Assembly (NCBI GenBank): GCA_020891255.1
Contig: BQFW01000008.1
Coordinates: 186,001 to 250,000 of the forward strand
Reading direction: 5' to 3'
Source: Entomortierella parvispora E1425
Taxonomy: Eukaryota > Fungi > Mortierellomycota
DNA length: 64,000 bases
Below, one piece after another: positions 11,966 through 24,271 of the stretch. Numbering within the stretch: position 1 is the first letter of the stretch; every line of letters starts with the position of its first letter. The notes under the pieces were generated by a model. It ran no database searches. It saw only the letters and a program-made list of their open reading frames with translations, and was not told where the DNA came from. The position numbers and the translations under genes are program-made.

Positions 11966-12029
11966 ATGGCGGTTTATTTTTGTACTTTTGGAGTTGGGGT
12001 CCAGTGAATGATCGGAAGTTGGAGGGCGC

Positions 12030-12362
12030 CTATGACGATGATGACGAAGAGGGGGCTGAAGGCGTAGTGTCCTTGTTTGTACTTGGTTCTGCTGGCGTGG
12101 CTTGTTGATCAGCAGCGGAAGAGGAGGCCGAGCTGGGAGCAATGGCAGCAGCTGTTTTGTCGGCATCGCCTCTCATTTCCGCGGCTCTAGTCTCCTGAAC
12201 GACCTTGTAATCCCATGTTCCTTTGCTTTCTCTGTTCGGACAAGTGGTTGGATACACGTAGTTAGTGTTTCCATCGATCTGCGCTGCTTCACCCCGAAGG
12301 CACCCTAGAGAGAGGTCCATCGCTATCGCGATCAATTGCTTCTGACTCTTTTCTTGTTCCTG

Positions 12363-12393
<31 letters not shown>

Positions 12394-12499
12394 AGGCTTA
12401 CCTCTGGTATTTCTTGAACATGGGTTCCCAAACGTACATGCCAGACATGACACCGACGGTGGCGGCAATGATGACGGGAATATTGCGGTTAAAAGACAT
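12030..12499 (-). CDS. 99-aa single-pass membrane microprotein, PIGBOS1-like
   Basis: Exon 1 12499-12402 reads MSFNRNIPVIIAATVGVMSGMYVWEPMFKKYQ and ends at a GTAAGC donor. Intron 12401-12232 has an ACTAAC branch site and CAG acceptor. Exon 2 12231-12030 is in frame (RESKGTWDYKVVQ...SSSS*). The supplied ORF track does not capture the spliced product. Confidence 0.8.
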
Positions 12500-12562
12500 A
12501 TTAGTGGATGGTGGTCGAGTGAGTCTGGATGAGTCGAAGGCGAGCGAGGCAATGGCTGAATG

Positions 12563-12598
12563 CAGACAGACAGACAGACGGACAGACAGACAGACAGA
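12563..12598. repeat. (CAGA)n microsatellite in the microprotein/PEX2 divergent intergenic region
   Basis: Visible run cagacagacagacagacggacagacagacagacag. Confidence 0.85.
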
Positions 12599-13016
12599 TC
12601 ACCGATCAGGGGAGCGGTGACTGACGGGGGGGGGGGGAACAAGGTAGTTGCATCTAGCGAGGGTGACTTGACCCAGGGATGTGATGTGATTGTGATAAGA
12701 GAGGGCGCCCACTCTTCCCACCCTCTCGATCCGTCCGTCCACTCCCCGGCTCGCCCGTCTCTCCGCCCGTCTCCCTCCACCCGTCCGTCTCTCCGCGCAT
12801 CCATCTGTCTGAACTCACTTTGTGCATCCCTCTTGACTCTCCTCCATCTCTCGGCTGCCTGGATCGCATCGCTTCATCTGTCCGTCCTCTTTCTTCTTCT
12901 CTCCATCCTACCCTGTCCCTGTCCTTCCTCCCTTCGTCCTCTCCTTCTTCCTCTCCTTCTTCCTCTCCTTCTACCCCGCTCTGCACTCCCATTCTCCCTC
13001 TATACCCAACTTGCTC

Positions 13017-13283
13017 ATGACCAACACTTCGCCCTTCTGGGAGCCAGACTGGAAGCGGGTCCAAGCTCCGCTCTCGGCCCTCCGTCGCCAGCTTGCTTCC
13101 TTTCCCTCCCCTCCCCTGCGCATCATGAAAGTCAGTCAACTGGACGCAGAGCTGTTGGACGACGAACTCTTGGAAACCATGAAGGAACAGCTCTGGAGTG
13201 CATTCTCGCTTTTCAAGGTAAACGTTGAAAAAGCGTTGTCATATGATAAATACGCAGATCAGGTTGTACTGACCCATCAGAGC

Positions 13284-13317
<34 letters not shown>

Positions 13318-14578
13318 TTTTTAGCCATCCTTCAAAGAAAAGTTCAAGCCCGAGCTGGCCTTGGCCTTGAACCTGGTCATGTACAAGTTTTCAGTATACG
13401 ACATGGGCGCTACTTACGGATCGCAGCTTCAGAACCTGATTTACAGAAACGAACGGAAGCACAGTGGTGGATGTAAGTCCGAAGGGTGTCTATGTAGATA
13501 ATCTTAATGGCTGTTGGGTCATGCTGCATATCTCTTTTGCTGATTCAAAGGCCATCTTTCTCTTCTTGGACAACAATAGTACAATCGACTGCAAGAGATG
13601 CGCCGTTGACAAAGACACAAAGAATCGCCTATGGCGTCGTTACCGTAGGAGGACAATATGCTATGGAGCGTGTGAACCGCGTAGTGACCGCACAAGGATG
13701 GGGCGAGCTTCCAGAAGACAACATTAAACGGAAGGCATGGAATATTTTGCAGAAGGGCGGCAGTGTTTTCAGGATAGTGTCCTTGATCAACTTTTTGGCC
13801 TTCCTCTATGCCGGAAAGTAAGACTACAAATCGCAGGCTGGTTTCTCGACCATGGGAATCTGAGGACGAAATGCTGATCAGATCTTGCGTCCTACTTTTT
13901 ATTCAATAGATACCGAACCATTTTGGAGCGTGTCCTGTCTATGAGACTCGTCTATGCAGAGCGCAATTCGAATCGTCAGGCCAGCTTTGAGTTCCTGAAC
14001 CGACAGATGGTCTGGCACGCATTCACAGTAAGCTCCTCGTTTCGTTGGCCCTAGGGGGTTGCAGGACTTTTTCATCTGGAGCTGAAAGATTCTAAACCCA
14101 CCTCTCGTTCTGCCCGTCTCTGTTTCTTTAGGAATTCTTGATGTTCTTGATGCCATTGATCAACGTGTCAAAGCTCAAGAGGAATGTAAAGAGGATGCTC
14201 CTGCCTGCAGCACTCATGTCTGCCAACGAGCTTTCAGTCTTGCCAGCTCATATCTGTGCTATCTGTCACGAGAACAACAACGGCGTAACAGCGACCCCAG
14301 GAGCATCAACGTCGACCACGATCCACAACCCTTATATCACCAACTGTGGACACGTGTATTGCTATTATTGTATCAAGACCAAGATGATGATTGACGACGA
14401 ATGGTGCTGTCTCCGATGTGGCAAGAAGGTGGATTGGATTGGTCGACATGTGGAAGTGGCAGAGGACAAGGCGCTTCAGGAAAAGGCAGATAGCGAGGCC
14501 GAGGATGCCGATGACGAAGAGGAGGACGAAGATGTCGAAGGAGAGATGGACGGCAAATTCGACGAGAAGACTCGTTAA
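13017..14578 (+). CDS. PEX2: Peroxin-2, peroxisomal RING finger E3 ligase
   Basis: Five exons with canonical GT-AG introns. Pex2/12 N-terminal motifs (RIMKVSQLDAELLDDEL; ATYGSQLQNL; SFEFLNRQMVWHAFTEFL) and C-terminal RING CAIC...CGHVYCYYC...CLRC. Confidence 0.95.
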
Positions 14579-14917
14579 GATAATAAAGCCGCGTGTAATT
14601 ATAATGGCGTTGAAGTATACTACTATGGTTGATGCAAGACGAAAGAAAGTGGGGGACCAAGGGACAGGTTCCTTGACAAGGTCCGGAGTGATCTGACCAG
14701 AGGCTGAAAAAAAAAGAGGTCACGTGGCAGCTTTCTGAACATGCATAATGCATGTCCCGCGTGGGTCATTTTCTCTTTTTTTTTCTCCCGTTCTCGCCAA
14801 CGGTCCGCATTTCATTCCAGGAGCAGTGTCGGGACATCATCACCAGCAAAGCCGCTCAGCAACAACCCACTCCCATCCCATCTTCTCTGTATTGCTATAC
14901 CAGGACTGACATCTCAT

Positions 14918-17900
14918 ATGAGCTCAACACCCGAGCCAGGCATGGCCGCCGATCCCGTCCCAGGAATGCAGAACCTGGTCATCAACGAAAGTCCTCAGCC
15001 AGTACAGTCGCACGATGAACACGAAGGGGACACGGCTACTAGCGAGGAAGAAGAAGAGGAAGAAGAAGAGGAAGAAGAAGACGAAGAGGAGGAAGAAGAC
15101 GACGACGACGAAGAGGAGGAGGAGGAGGAGGAAGAAGAAGAGGAAGAGTCTGGAGAGGAAGAGACAAGCGAGGAAGAGTCGGATGAGGAAGACGAAGAAC
15201 CAAAACTCAACTACCAACGACTCGGCGCCGGCATCGGAGACATGCTCAAGAAGGACTCTGCCAGTGCCACGACCGTCTCGGACAGATTCCTCGTAAGGAC
15301 AGCTTGACGCGTGCCATGAGCGCGTTTTGTGCAAAGGATTCAATACGTGGTGATTTCTGATGCCTTTGGCTCTGCTCTCTTCCATTTTGAAATAGGCCAT
15401 GGGAACCCACTGGGGTGTGGTACATATCATGGACTTTGAAGGAAACGAGAATCAAAAGTTCCAGGCTCACCAGGCCACTGTGAACGATTTGAGCGTGGAC
15501 CTGGATGGCGAATATATCGCGAGTGCCTCTGATGATGGTAAGATCAGCTTGGAGTCAACTATGGCGACTGTAATATCTCGCCGCATGTACACGGTATCTG
15601 ATGTTTCTCTTTGCTTCATTGCATCTCTAGGCAAGGTTGTCATCAATGGACTCTTCGTGACAGAGAGCCACGTCTTCAACTATAAGCGTCCAGTCAAGGC
15701 CGTAGCTCTGGAGCCTCATTATGCTCGGTCTCATGGCCGTCAATTTGTTTCTGGTGGCATGGCGGGACAGCTCATTTTGAACGAGAAAGGTACATGGACA
15801 TGAGGATATAGCAGGATGCTGTGCACATGTCCTCGAGCAGCGGACGTTGTTCAGAACCAAATTGTACACTCAATGCTCAAACGGTCATCTCGATTTTTTT
15901 TTCTAATAGGCTGGTTCGGGAATCGTGATGTTGTCCTGCATTCAGGAGAAGGACCCATCTATGCCATCAAATGGTGCAGCAATTTGATTGCTTGGTCCAA
16001 CGATCTCGGAGTCAAGATCTACGACACCATGACAGAGCAGCGCATCACCTTTATTGACAGACCTGGTTCAAGTCCAAGAGCTGACCTGTTCAAATGTCGA
16101 TTGTGCTGGAAGAGCGAAACCGAGCTTCTTATTGGTTGGGCTGCGCTGGTCAAGATTGCTACGGTCAAGAACAGGCCAAAGGATCAACTCAGGTCTGGAC
16201 TCCCCGCTCAATATGTTGAAATCACTACCATGTAAGGATGACAGGGAGCTACAGGATTGTCTGGATTTTGGAAGTCGTGGTCTAACAGTGCTTTCGATGG
16301 ATGTCATATAGGTTCCAGACTGACTTTATTGTTTGCGGTATTGCGCCTTTCAAGGACATGCTCCTACTCATGGCTTATATTGTGGACGACATTGATGAAA
16401 TCGCTCATATCAGCGGCGCCGAGGCAAACGAGCGAAAGGTATGTCAGATCGTTCTTTTTTTTTTTTGAACGTTTATATCCCAACGTTGTTTCTACAGCAT
16501 TCTACTGACGCTTGGATCAATTCCTGGTTCAACCTAGCTGGCAAAGAGACCCGAGCTGCGTATCATTAATGCATACAACGAGGAGATTAGCTCGGACGCC
16601 TTGACTGTGCACGGATACGCCCATTATCAAGCAAACGACTACATGTTTGAGAACTTGCCCTCTCAGGATATGTTTTATATCGGCAGTCCCAAAGATCTGG
16701 TGGTGGCTAAGGAGAGAGACTTGGATGATCACATCCAGTGGCTGATGGAGCGAGAGCGATACGAGGAGGCACTTGGACATGCCAGGGAGGCGCAGATTTT
16801 CGGAGGCAGCAAGAAGTACAATGCCAGTGAAATCGGACAAAAATACTTGGGATGGCTTCTCGAACGAGGTAAATTTCCGGAAATGGTGTCCAAGAGTGCA
16901 GACTCTTGTGCTGTATGATTGGCAGTCGCTGATGTTTACTTTTTGATTCTACAGGGGAGTATGACAAGGCAGCAGCTCAGTGTCCAAGCATCCTCGGGTC
17001 CGATGCAGAGCTTTGGGAACACTGGATCTATGCTTTCGCTGAGGCCAGGCAGCTCAAGGTGAGTGTCTATCTACCTGGAATGCTTCCTCGTTGATCAGTA
17101 GGGATGTACTGACCATTATTTTTCCTATTGTAGTCCATTGCTGGATATATACCATTCAAGGAGCCGACACTTAGTGACACTATTTACGAGCTTGTCCTTG
17201 CCTACTTCCTCAAGGATGATCATCAGGTTCGTGTTTAACGTGTCGCAGCAAAGTACTAGCAATGTCGGCTGAGGCATCTTACTGACTGCTCTCGTGCTGA
17301 ACCATAGTCCCTTTACAAGACCGTCATGAGTTTCCCACCTGGACTGTACAACATTCAAAGCGTCACCGTGGCAGTAGAGGATCGCTTGAAGCAAGACAAG
17401 GACAATGTGCTACTTATGGAATCACTTGCAGAATTGTATGATGATTGATGATATAGGAACGCCTCTGCACTCCATTGAGAGAGAATGATTAATCGTTCAC
17501 CATTTGTCACGACTTAGATATACCCGGGATGGCAAGGCAGATCGAGCATTGGAGTACTATTTGAGACTTCGGAGACCCAACGTTTTTGATTTGATCCGTG
17601 AACACGACCTGTTCTCGGCCGTTCGTGACAAGGCAATATTGCTCATGGAGTTTGATCAGTATATTTACGACCAAAAGATCAAGGAGCGGAGTGAGGCGCG
17701 CGCAGCCTTGGCCAAGAACAACAAGGGCGCTGCTGCAGTGGCGGAAGACCAGGTTACAGAGTTGACTGCGGAGGAAGAGCTGGTCAATGGACCGGCAGTG
17801 CAGCTCATGGTTCAACATACAGAGGAGATTCCTGTAAGACAACAAGTCAAATGATGGAGTGCTTTCTGGGGGCTACATGGGTGTCATTGAATGGGCCACT

Positions 17901-19154
17901 AATTGAACCTCTTTTTTTGTTTTTTTTTCCCTATCGCAGATCAAACGCGTTGTGCCTCAATTGAGGAACCAATCCAGGCTGCTGCACATCTATCTGGATG
18001 CGCTCTTCATTAGGGACCCACATCTAGGCTTTGAATTCCATGACCTTCAAGTCGAGCTCTATGCAGCCTATGCCCCTACGAAGCTCATTGACTTCCTGCG
18101 GGCGAGCAACTATTACTCCCTGGAAAAGGTGGGTGACTCGTGCTCAGAACGAGCCTAAAAATATCGCGGCTGAGTTACATGTCATCTTAACGCATGGACT
18201 TTTAAATCCTAAATAGGCTTATCGTGCTTGTGAGCAGAGGGATTTGGTTCCCGAGATGGTGTTCTTGCTTGGCCGCATGGGCAATAACAAGAAGGCTCTG
18301 ATGCTGATCATTGAGCGTCTCGGCGATGTTGAAAGGGTAAACACGACTGAACTCTTCTATTTTTGACCCTTGAGTCCCAACCTTCAAGTTTGCGGGGATA
18401 AACCTGACTCTTTGCATTTCATTCAATTGCATCATCTAGGCCATCAATTTTGCTAAGGAGCAGAATGATGACGACCTCTGGGAAGACCTTTTGAAGTACT
18501 CTATGGATAAACCACGTAAGTTCCAGATTCAAATACGCGCTTGTTTTCTAGACCAGTTCAAGCTGCATCTGATTAGGGGTATTAAGCATCGTCCGCGTTC
18601 TTTGTTTTTTCCCCTGTCTTTTCTTAGATTTCATCCGGGGGTTGCTCCAGAATGTGGGGACTGAAATTGACCCGATCCGATTAATCCGCCGAATCCCCAA
18701 TGGCCTAGAGATCCCAGATTTGCGACCAGCGCTGATGAAGATCCTACAGGATTTCAATCTGCAAATGTCCCTGCGCGAGGGTTGTCGTAGGATCTTGGTG
18801 AGCGATAGTGTGGCGATGGCGGACCAATTGCAGAAATCGCAAAAGAGGGGAATCCAAGTCACAGAGGACACCACCTGCTCTCATTGTCAAGAACCCATCT
18901 TCAACCCGAACGAGTCTCGGGTTCCTGGGGCATCGATTTCGACTTTTGTAATGTTTTTTTGTCGACACGCGTTCCATGACCGGTGCCTGTTCTTGGATGA
19001 GGAAGACACGATGCCCACGATGAAGTCGTCGTTGGCGCGAATCACGCTGAGGGCCAAGGCCAACCATGCAGAGTTGATCCGAGCCAAGCGTGGAAGGATC
19101 CCCTGCCCACTCTGTCAAGATCAGGCCAAGGTCCAGCTGTCGTCGGGTCGGTGA
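14918..19154 (+). CDS. VPS41: HOPS subunit Vps41 (WD40 propeller, clathrin heavy-chain repeat, RING-H2)
   Basis: Acidic N-terminus, then EEPKLNYQRL; MGTHWGVVHIMDFEGN; HSGEGPIYAIKW; DDHIQWLMERERYEEAL; FLRASNYYSLEK; VGTEIDPIRLIRRIPNGLEIPDL; CSHC...FCRHAFHDRC. About 14 exons, with GT-AG junctions wherever traced. Confidence 0.95.
15041..15200 (+). repeat. Coding poly-Glu/Asp (GAR/GAY triplet) tract in the Vps41 N-terminus
   Basis: EEEEEEEEEEEDEEEEDDDDEEEEE... in ORF 14741..15307. Confidence 0.9.
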
Positions 19155-19827
19155 AAACAAACAGCAAAAGGAACATGTCCTTTTCTTGTGTTGACCGCAA
19201 CACGCTTGTATGGTTCTCCTGAAAATAAAAACCCGCAAAGAGAAGACAGCTTGTTGGAATTTCTCATGATTTGCCTATCGTGATCGCACATGCCTGTGCT
19301 CGGACAACGGAACAACTTTTTGGTGAAAGGAAAGGAGCAGATGCCCATTGCAACAAAAAAAAAAAAAAAAAAAAAAAAAAAGGAGGGGTGGGTGGGTGGG
19401 TGTTGTTTGAATGCTCGAAAAGAAGGACCTCCTTGGACTCCACAGCGCGTGTTCTCTCTGAAATCGTAGTGAAGGCACTCAATGCAGGCAAGACGTCGGC
19501 GTTGCATTCATTTTTGACTTTGACCCTTCTTTTCTAAATCTCTACCTCTTGGTTTTTTTTTTGTTATGGAACTGCGCGTGGACTTTATGAAGAATGCGAT
19601 TATATAGATTGTTACATACAAAAAACAAACGGATGCGTGTGTTTTTTCTCTCTCTCTCTCATCTAAGTCCACCAATGAACTGCCCCAACGACAAGAAAAA
19701 AAAAAGGTCATGTCAGTCGCCCATGGTTGTTGCTATTGCTTGTTTCCTATGGTTCTTGTTTTTGGATGTAGGCGTTCCTGATGGCTTTTTTTCTTGTCAT
19801 CTTTCTTTCTTTCTTTCTCCTTTTTTT

Positions 19828-22077
19828 CTAAGCAGCAATGGCCTGCTGCTGCTGCTCGAGTTGTTGTTGTTGTTGCAAGAACAAACGCTCGCCCTCAAGG
19901 ACCGGGTCCTCGACTGGCGGGACCGGTGAAGAAGAAGCACCCCCGGCAGCGTTCAAATCGACCTGGGCCCGGAGTTCCTGGACCTCTAATTCGAGCACGT
20001 GGCGCTGGAAGATCATCTCCTTGAGCTTCTTGTAGGCCATGGCCGAGAGCATCTCAAACTTGTCGCGCGTGTCCTGCATCGCGACCGCGGTGCGGTTCCG
20101 CGCCCGGGTCTCGGCCGCCAGGTGGCGTTCCAGGGCCTTGACTTGGGTCTGGAGCTGATCGTTGTGTTGGCGCAGGACCAGCAGCTCGGCATGCAGTGTG
20201 GCGGCGTCGGCATTCGAGAGGTCGGCCGTGGACGCGACGGTCTCGAGACCTGCTGGGGTCGCCGTGGAAGCCTCCGTCGAAGTAGAGGTCGAGGTCGAGG
20301 TCGAGGTCGAGGTGGAGGTCGACATTGCAACGGCGGCAGCAGCACCACTTTTGGCCAGCGTGGCAGGACTGGAGAGCGTTGTCGTGGTGGCAGTCGTGGC
20401 CGCTGTGGGCTGCGTCAAAGACGCGACCAGGCTGGCCACCTTGGAATTGGGTCGTCCGGTGCTTATCGACACCGACTCTTTCTTGGACCTTGCTGGGGCG
20501 CTCAAAGGGAAGGTGGCGGTGATGGGAGAGGTGGCCGTCTCGGTCGAGGTGGAGGTGCCCGTCTCGGTGGTGCCTGCGATCGATCCAACTCTAGTATGAG
20601 AGAACCCATCTCTGGGCTCTACATCCATCGCGTCCACGGGTTCTGTCTGGGTGTACATGGGTCGTACCACACAGTGCATGGTCTGGATCTGAACATGACG
20701 CACTTTTTTACGCGCTGTTGTCTTTGGGAGGACTACCTCTGCAGGCGCGGTCTCGTCGGTGGATGAACCGTCACCCACGGGTGCCTGTAGTCGTTTCTGG
20801 GACTTGTGGGTAGCGAGTCTTTGGGCAAGGGCCTCTGTGACCGAGGCCTCGTCCATGGGGGGTGCCTGAGCCACGTTGAACTTGACCTTGTTGCTTGCTC
20901 GCTTGGCATTATTCCGGGCCGGATCCTCTGCAGCAGCACCGTTCTCTTGACTCTTGTTCGCTACCACGGCCGAGCGGTTGGGATTATTCGCAGTCGTCGT
21001 AGAAGAAGAAGAAGGAGGAGGAGGAGGAGGAGAAGAAGAAGAAGAAGCAGCGGTACTGGTTCCAGTAACAAAGTCCGTGTCGAGGGCAAAGCTGTCCAGG
21101 AACAAGGGTGCACCGTCCAAGGAAAACTTGGAGGCTTCGCCGTTGGACTGGATGATAATCGACTTGCGTTTGTTGTCTCCACCTATTCCGCTCAAAGGTC
21201 CAGCCTCCTCAATGACCAGCAGACCGCTGGTCAACAACGATGTCTGTTTCGACGGAGAGCCCCCTGGTAGTAGTGGCTCCTCTGCGATCCTGCTGTGTCG
21301 TCTGGGTGTTGTCGATCCAATGGTGCTGCTACCGCTGCCTCCTATTCTGCGTGATGTGGGCATTGCATTCAAGGAGCTCGCGCCCGAGGCCAAAGCCGTC
21401 GAATCCCCGCTCGGACCCGCCCCTCGTTCCACATCCCGGTAATCGACTGCGATCATCACAAACTTTTTGCTGTTGAGGGAAGAAGAGTTGCTCGTGTAAC
21501 TGTCGCGTTGGCTGTTACTGCTGTGGGGGAAACTCGTGCTGAAGCTGCCGTTCTTGATCGTCGACCCACTCGCCGCACTGATGGTGCTCCCGGTCCCGCT
21601 GGGACCCCCAAAAGGGGTGGCCAGGACACTGGATCGCCGACTGCTGCCAAAAACGCCATTGCTACTGCCCAGCGTCAGGCTCCCCGTCATGGTTGAGGTC
21701 CGGATGGACATGGTCGTGGCCATCATGGTATTAGCATGGGCCACCTTGTTGTTGCGACTCTTTTCATTCAAGACCGAGGTCGACTTTCGCGATTTCAAAC
21801 GGGAAAACAAGTTCCTTTTTTTGGTCTTGCCGCCTTCCTCTTCCAATATCTGGGTCAAGGGTGAGGAACGAGGAGGGGAAGGCGGGGGGCCCGTTTTGAA
21901 AAAGTCGACGAGATCTTGGGTCGTACGTCTCTGAGCCTTGTAATCGGCCGAGAGCAAGCCTCCGCCCTCGAAACCGTCGTCATCGCTGTCGTCGTTAAAG
22001 TCCAGTGCTGCGGCCGCTCGAGGTTGAAGGTGGCGGAAAGCAGGGGATTTCATAGGAGGAGGAGTCGCGTTCGTCAT
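19828..22077 (-). CDS. Hypothetical 749-aa intronless disordered protein with C-terminal coiled coil
   Basis: Long ATG-initiated ORF: DLVDFFKTGPPP motif, Ser/Thr-rich body, heptad-rich C-terminus (LHAELLVLRQHNDQLQTQVKALE...LELEVQELRAQV). Confidence 0.8.
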   Translation of the reverse strand: MTNATPPPMKSPAFRHLQPRAAAALDFNDDSDDDGFEGGGLLSADYKAQRRTTQDLVDFFKTGPPPSPPRSSPLTQILEEEGGKTKKRNLFSRLKSRKSTSVLNEKSRNNKVAHANTMMATTMSIRTSTMTGSLTLGSSNGVFGSSRRSSVLATPFGGPSGTGSTISAASGSTIKNGSFSTSFPHSSNSQRDSYTSNSSSLNSKKFVMIAVDYRDVERGAGPSGDSTALASGASSLNAMPTSRRIGGSGSSTIGSTTPRRHSRIAEEPLLPGGSPSKQTSLLTSGLLVIEEAGPLSGIGGDNKRKSIIIQSNGEASKFSLDGAPLFLDSFALDTDFVTGTSTAASSSSSPPPPPPSSSSTTTANNPNRSAVVANKSQENGAAAEDPARNNAKRASNKVKFNVAQAPPMDEASVTEALAQRLATHKSQKRLQAPVGDGSSTDETAPAEVVLPKTTARKKVRHVQIQTMHCVVRPMYTQTEPVDAMDVEPRDGFSHTRVGSIAGTTETGTSTSTETATSPITATFPLSAPARSKKESVSISTGRPNSKVASLVASLTQPTAATTATTTTLSSPATLAKSGAAAAVAMSTSTSTSTSTSTSTSTEASTATPAGLETVASTADLSNADAATLHAELLVLRQHNDQLQTQVKALERHLAAETRARNRTAVAMQDTRDKFEMLSAMAYKKLKEMIFQRHVLELEVQELRAQVDLNAAGGASSSPVPPVEDPVLEGERLFLQQQQQLEQQQQAIAA

Positions 22078-24271
22078 ACTGGAGGAGAATGAGGAGGAGG
22101 AGGAGGGAGAATGAGGAGGAAGGGGAAAGAGAATGAAGAGGAGGTAGGGGAAAGAGAGAGAGAGACAAAAAAGTTGTCCTGATAATTATTGTCTTTTGAG
22201 CGCTGTTCCTTGGGGTCCCAGGAAAAACAAAAGGTCGTTTTTCAGATTGGGAGGGTATATGTGGTTCCTGATGACTGCGGTGATTATCGCTGTAAGGTAG
22301 AAGAGGAATGAAGGAGGGGAAGGAGGAGGAGGAGAAAGTGGATAAAGAGGAATAGGACAGAGGAGGGAGTGGAAGAGAGAGAGAGAGATAAAAAAAAAAA
22401 AAAAAAAAAAAAAAAAGAGAGCCACCAGAGTGTTAATAGAGGGAAACGGGGCAAGGTCAATGTTGAAAATGTGCTTTTTTTTTTTTTTGTTAAATGCAGA
22501 TGATCCGTTGCTGGCTAAGATCGATATTTCCTGTGTCTGCTATTCTTAAAAAAAGTGTGTGTATTGCTTACGTCGTCGTGTGTGGGTGTGGGTAGAGAAA
22601 GCAGGGGAGGGGGGTAATCTGTATGATGTATGGGGGTGGAGAAGGAGGTGGTGGAGGTGGTGGAGGTGGTGTTCCGGGGGGTGTGGAGAGAGATGGAGGG
22701 AGAGAGGGTCAAAGTTCGATATGTATGGTGTGGGGGGGTGGTTGTTTGAACGTTGAACTAGAGAGGAAAAAAAAAAGAGTGGGAAAGTGGAAACACCAAA
22801 AAAAAAAATAGGGAGAGAAGAGAGAAAAGAAAGAGAGCGCGCGCGCGAAGGCCCTACTTCAAGGCACCGGGGGTTTTTTTTTTTTTGTTCAGATGACACC
22901 AACGCGGAGTACCCGTTCTTTTCCGGGGGTGGAGAAAGAAGCGGGAAGAAGAAAGAAAGAAGAAGGAGGAGGATGTGGGGGGGGGGGCCCAAGAAAAGCA
23001 AAGAAGATCGAATGCAGATCGAAAAGGGCGGGGTGGCCCAAGGGTTCAAAGAGATGTCCTTTGCTGACTTACCAGTCTTCAGTTGGGTTGGGTGGGAAGG
23101 CGGGGAGAGACAGAGAGGAAGAAAAAAAAATGTGAAAAAATGACAGACAGAGAGAAGAAGAGAGAAAGAGATGGGATGTAGGAGAGAGGAGAAAAAAGAA
23201 GAGGGGATGGAGGACTTGACGACCTTGCGTCTGTCTGCGTGAGAGTAAAGTCAAGTGGTAGTGAACGAGGAGATAGAATGCAAACACGATTGTTTGTGAG
23301 CGTGATGCAAACGAGACACAGAGAGCTGCAGGCAGGTTGCCGTCCAGGTAGCCAATGGAAGACAGAAGGAGAATGAAGGAGATCACGACTCAAAAAGGGA
23401 AAGGATAGAGAAAGGCGGCAAACAGAGATAGAGAGGGAATGAGGAGGACAAGGAAGGGCGAAGGAGACAAGAAGAAAACAAAAAAGAAAGAAAAGGGAAC
23501 ACCAAGGGGCAGGACCATGTTTGTTGGTCTTCTTTGTCGTCGTCCACGTCGTCCTAGCATCTTCCGGTTCTCTGGTCGTCCTGTCTGTTGGGTCTGTTGA
23601 GCCATCGCCTCGAGTACCTGCCGACAATACCACAATGATGGCGGACGATAGCAAAAAAAAAGGGAATGAATCGAATCAATGGCTCACAGACTGCATTTCT
23701 TTTCTTTTCGCCAGGATATCAGTCGCATCCCTTCCCTTTTTTTTTCGTTACGCGACAGACAACGAACGAAAGAGCAATGTAAACATGCCAAAGACCTGGC
23801 AGGTACCTGAAGATTGTCATGCAAGACGGGACGGGCGACTTTGTCAACCATGTCCTTTTCTCTATTTCTATTTTTTTTCATTTTTCGCTCACGGCTACCG
23901 ATTGCCACGTTCTTGCAAAGGCCCGAGAGAAATCTCATTCCTTGGTAGAGCCGAGAAGGAATCAACGATGTCTCTTCGCTGCCAAGCCGTCAGGACGGTT
24001 AGAAAAAATTGAAGCGCAAAGTCGTTCTGCAATGCAATCTGCGAGAGCAATTGACGCATCAACGCACAGAGTTCTTTGTGCGACTGAAACGCGTCCCGCT
24101 CGTCCCTCCGTCCCCTATCCATGGTCGATTTTCTTGAAACGCGCCTGGACAATGATATCAGGGTATGCATTGCAGCCCTATTTAATTTTCGATGGCCAGT
24201 TCTTTTTTTATTCAAAACAAACAGGAAACAAAAAAACAACACCCTGCCACCCCCTAAACAGTTCTTTCTCT

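Noticed and set aside
1804-19154. Three RING-finger genes (DMA1, PEX2, VPS41) within 18 kb
   Set aside because: Unrelated RING subfamilies and pathways; most likely coincidence.
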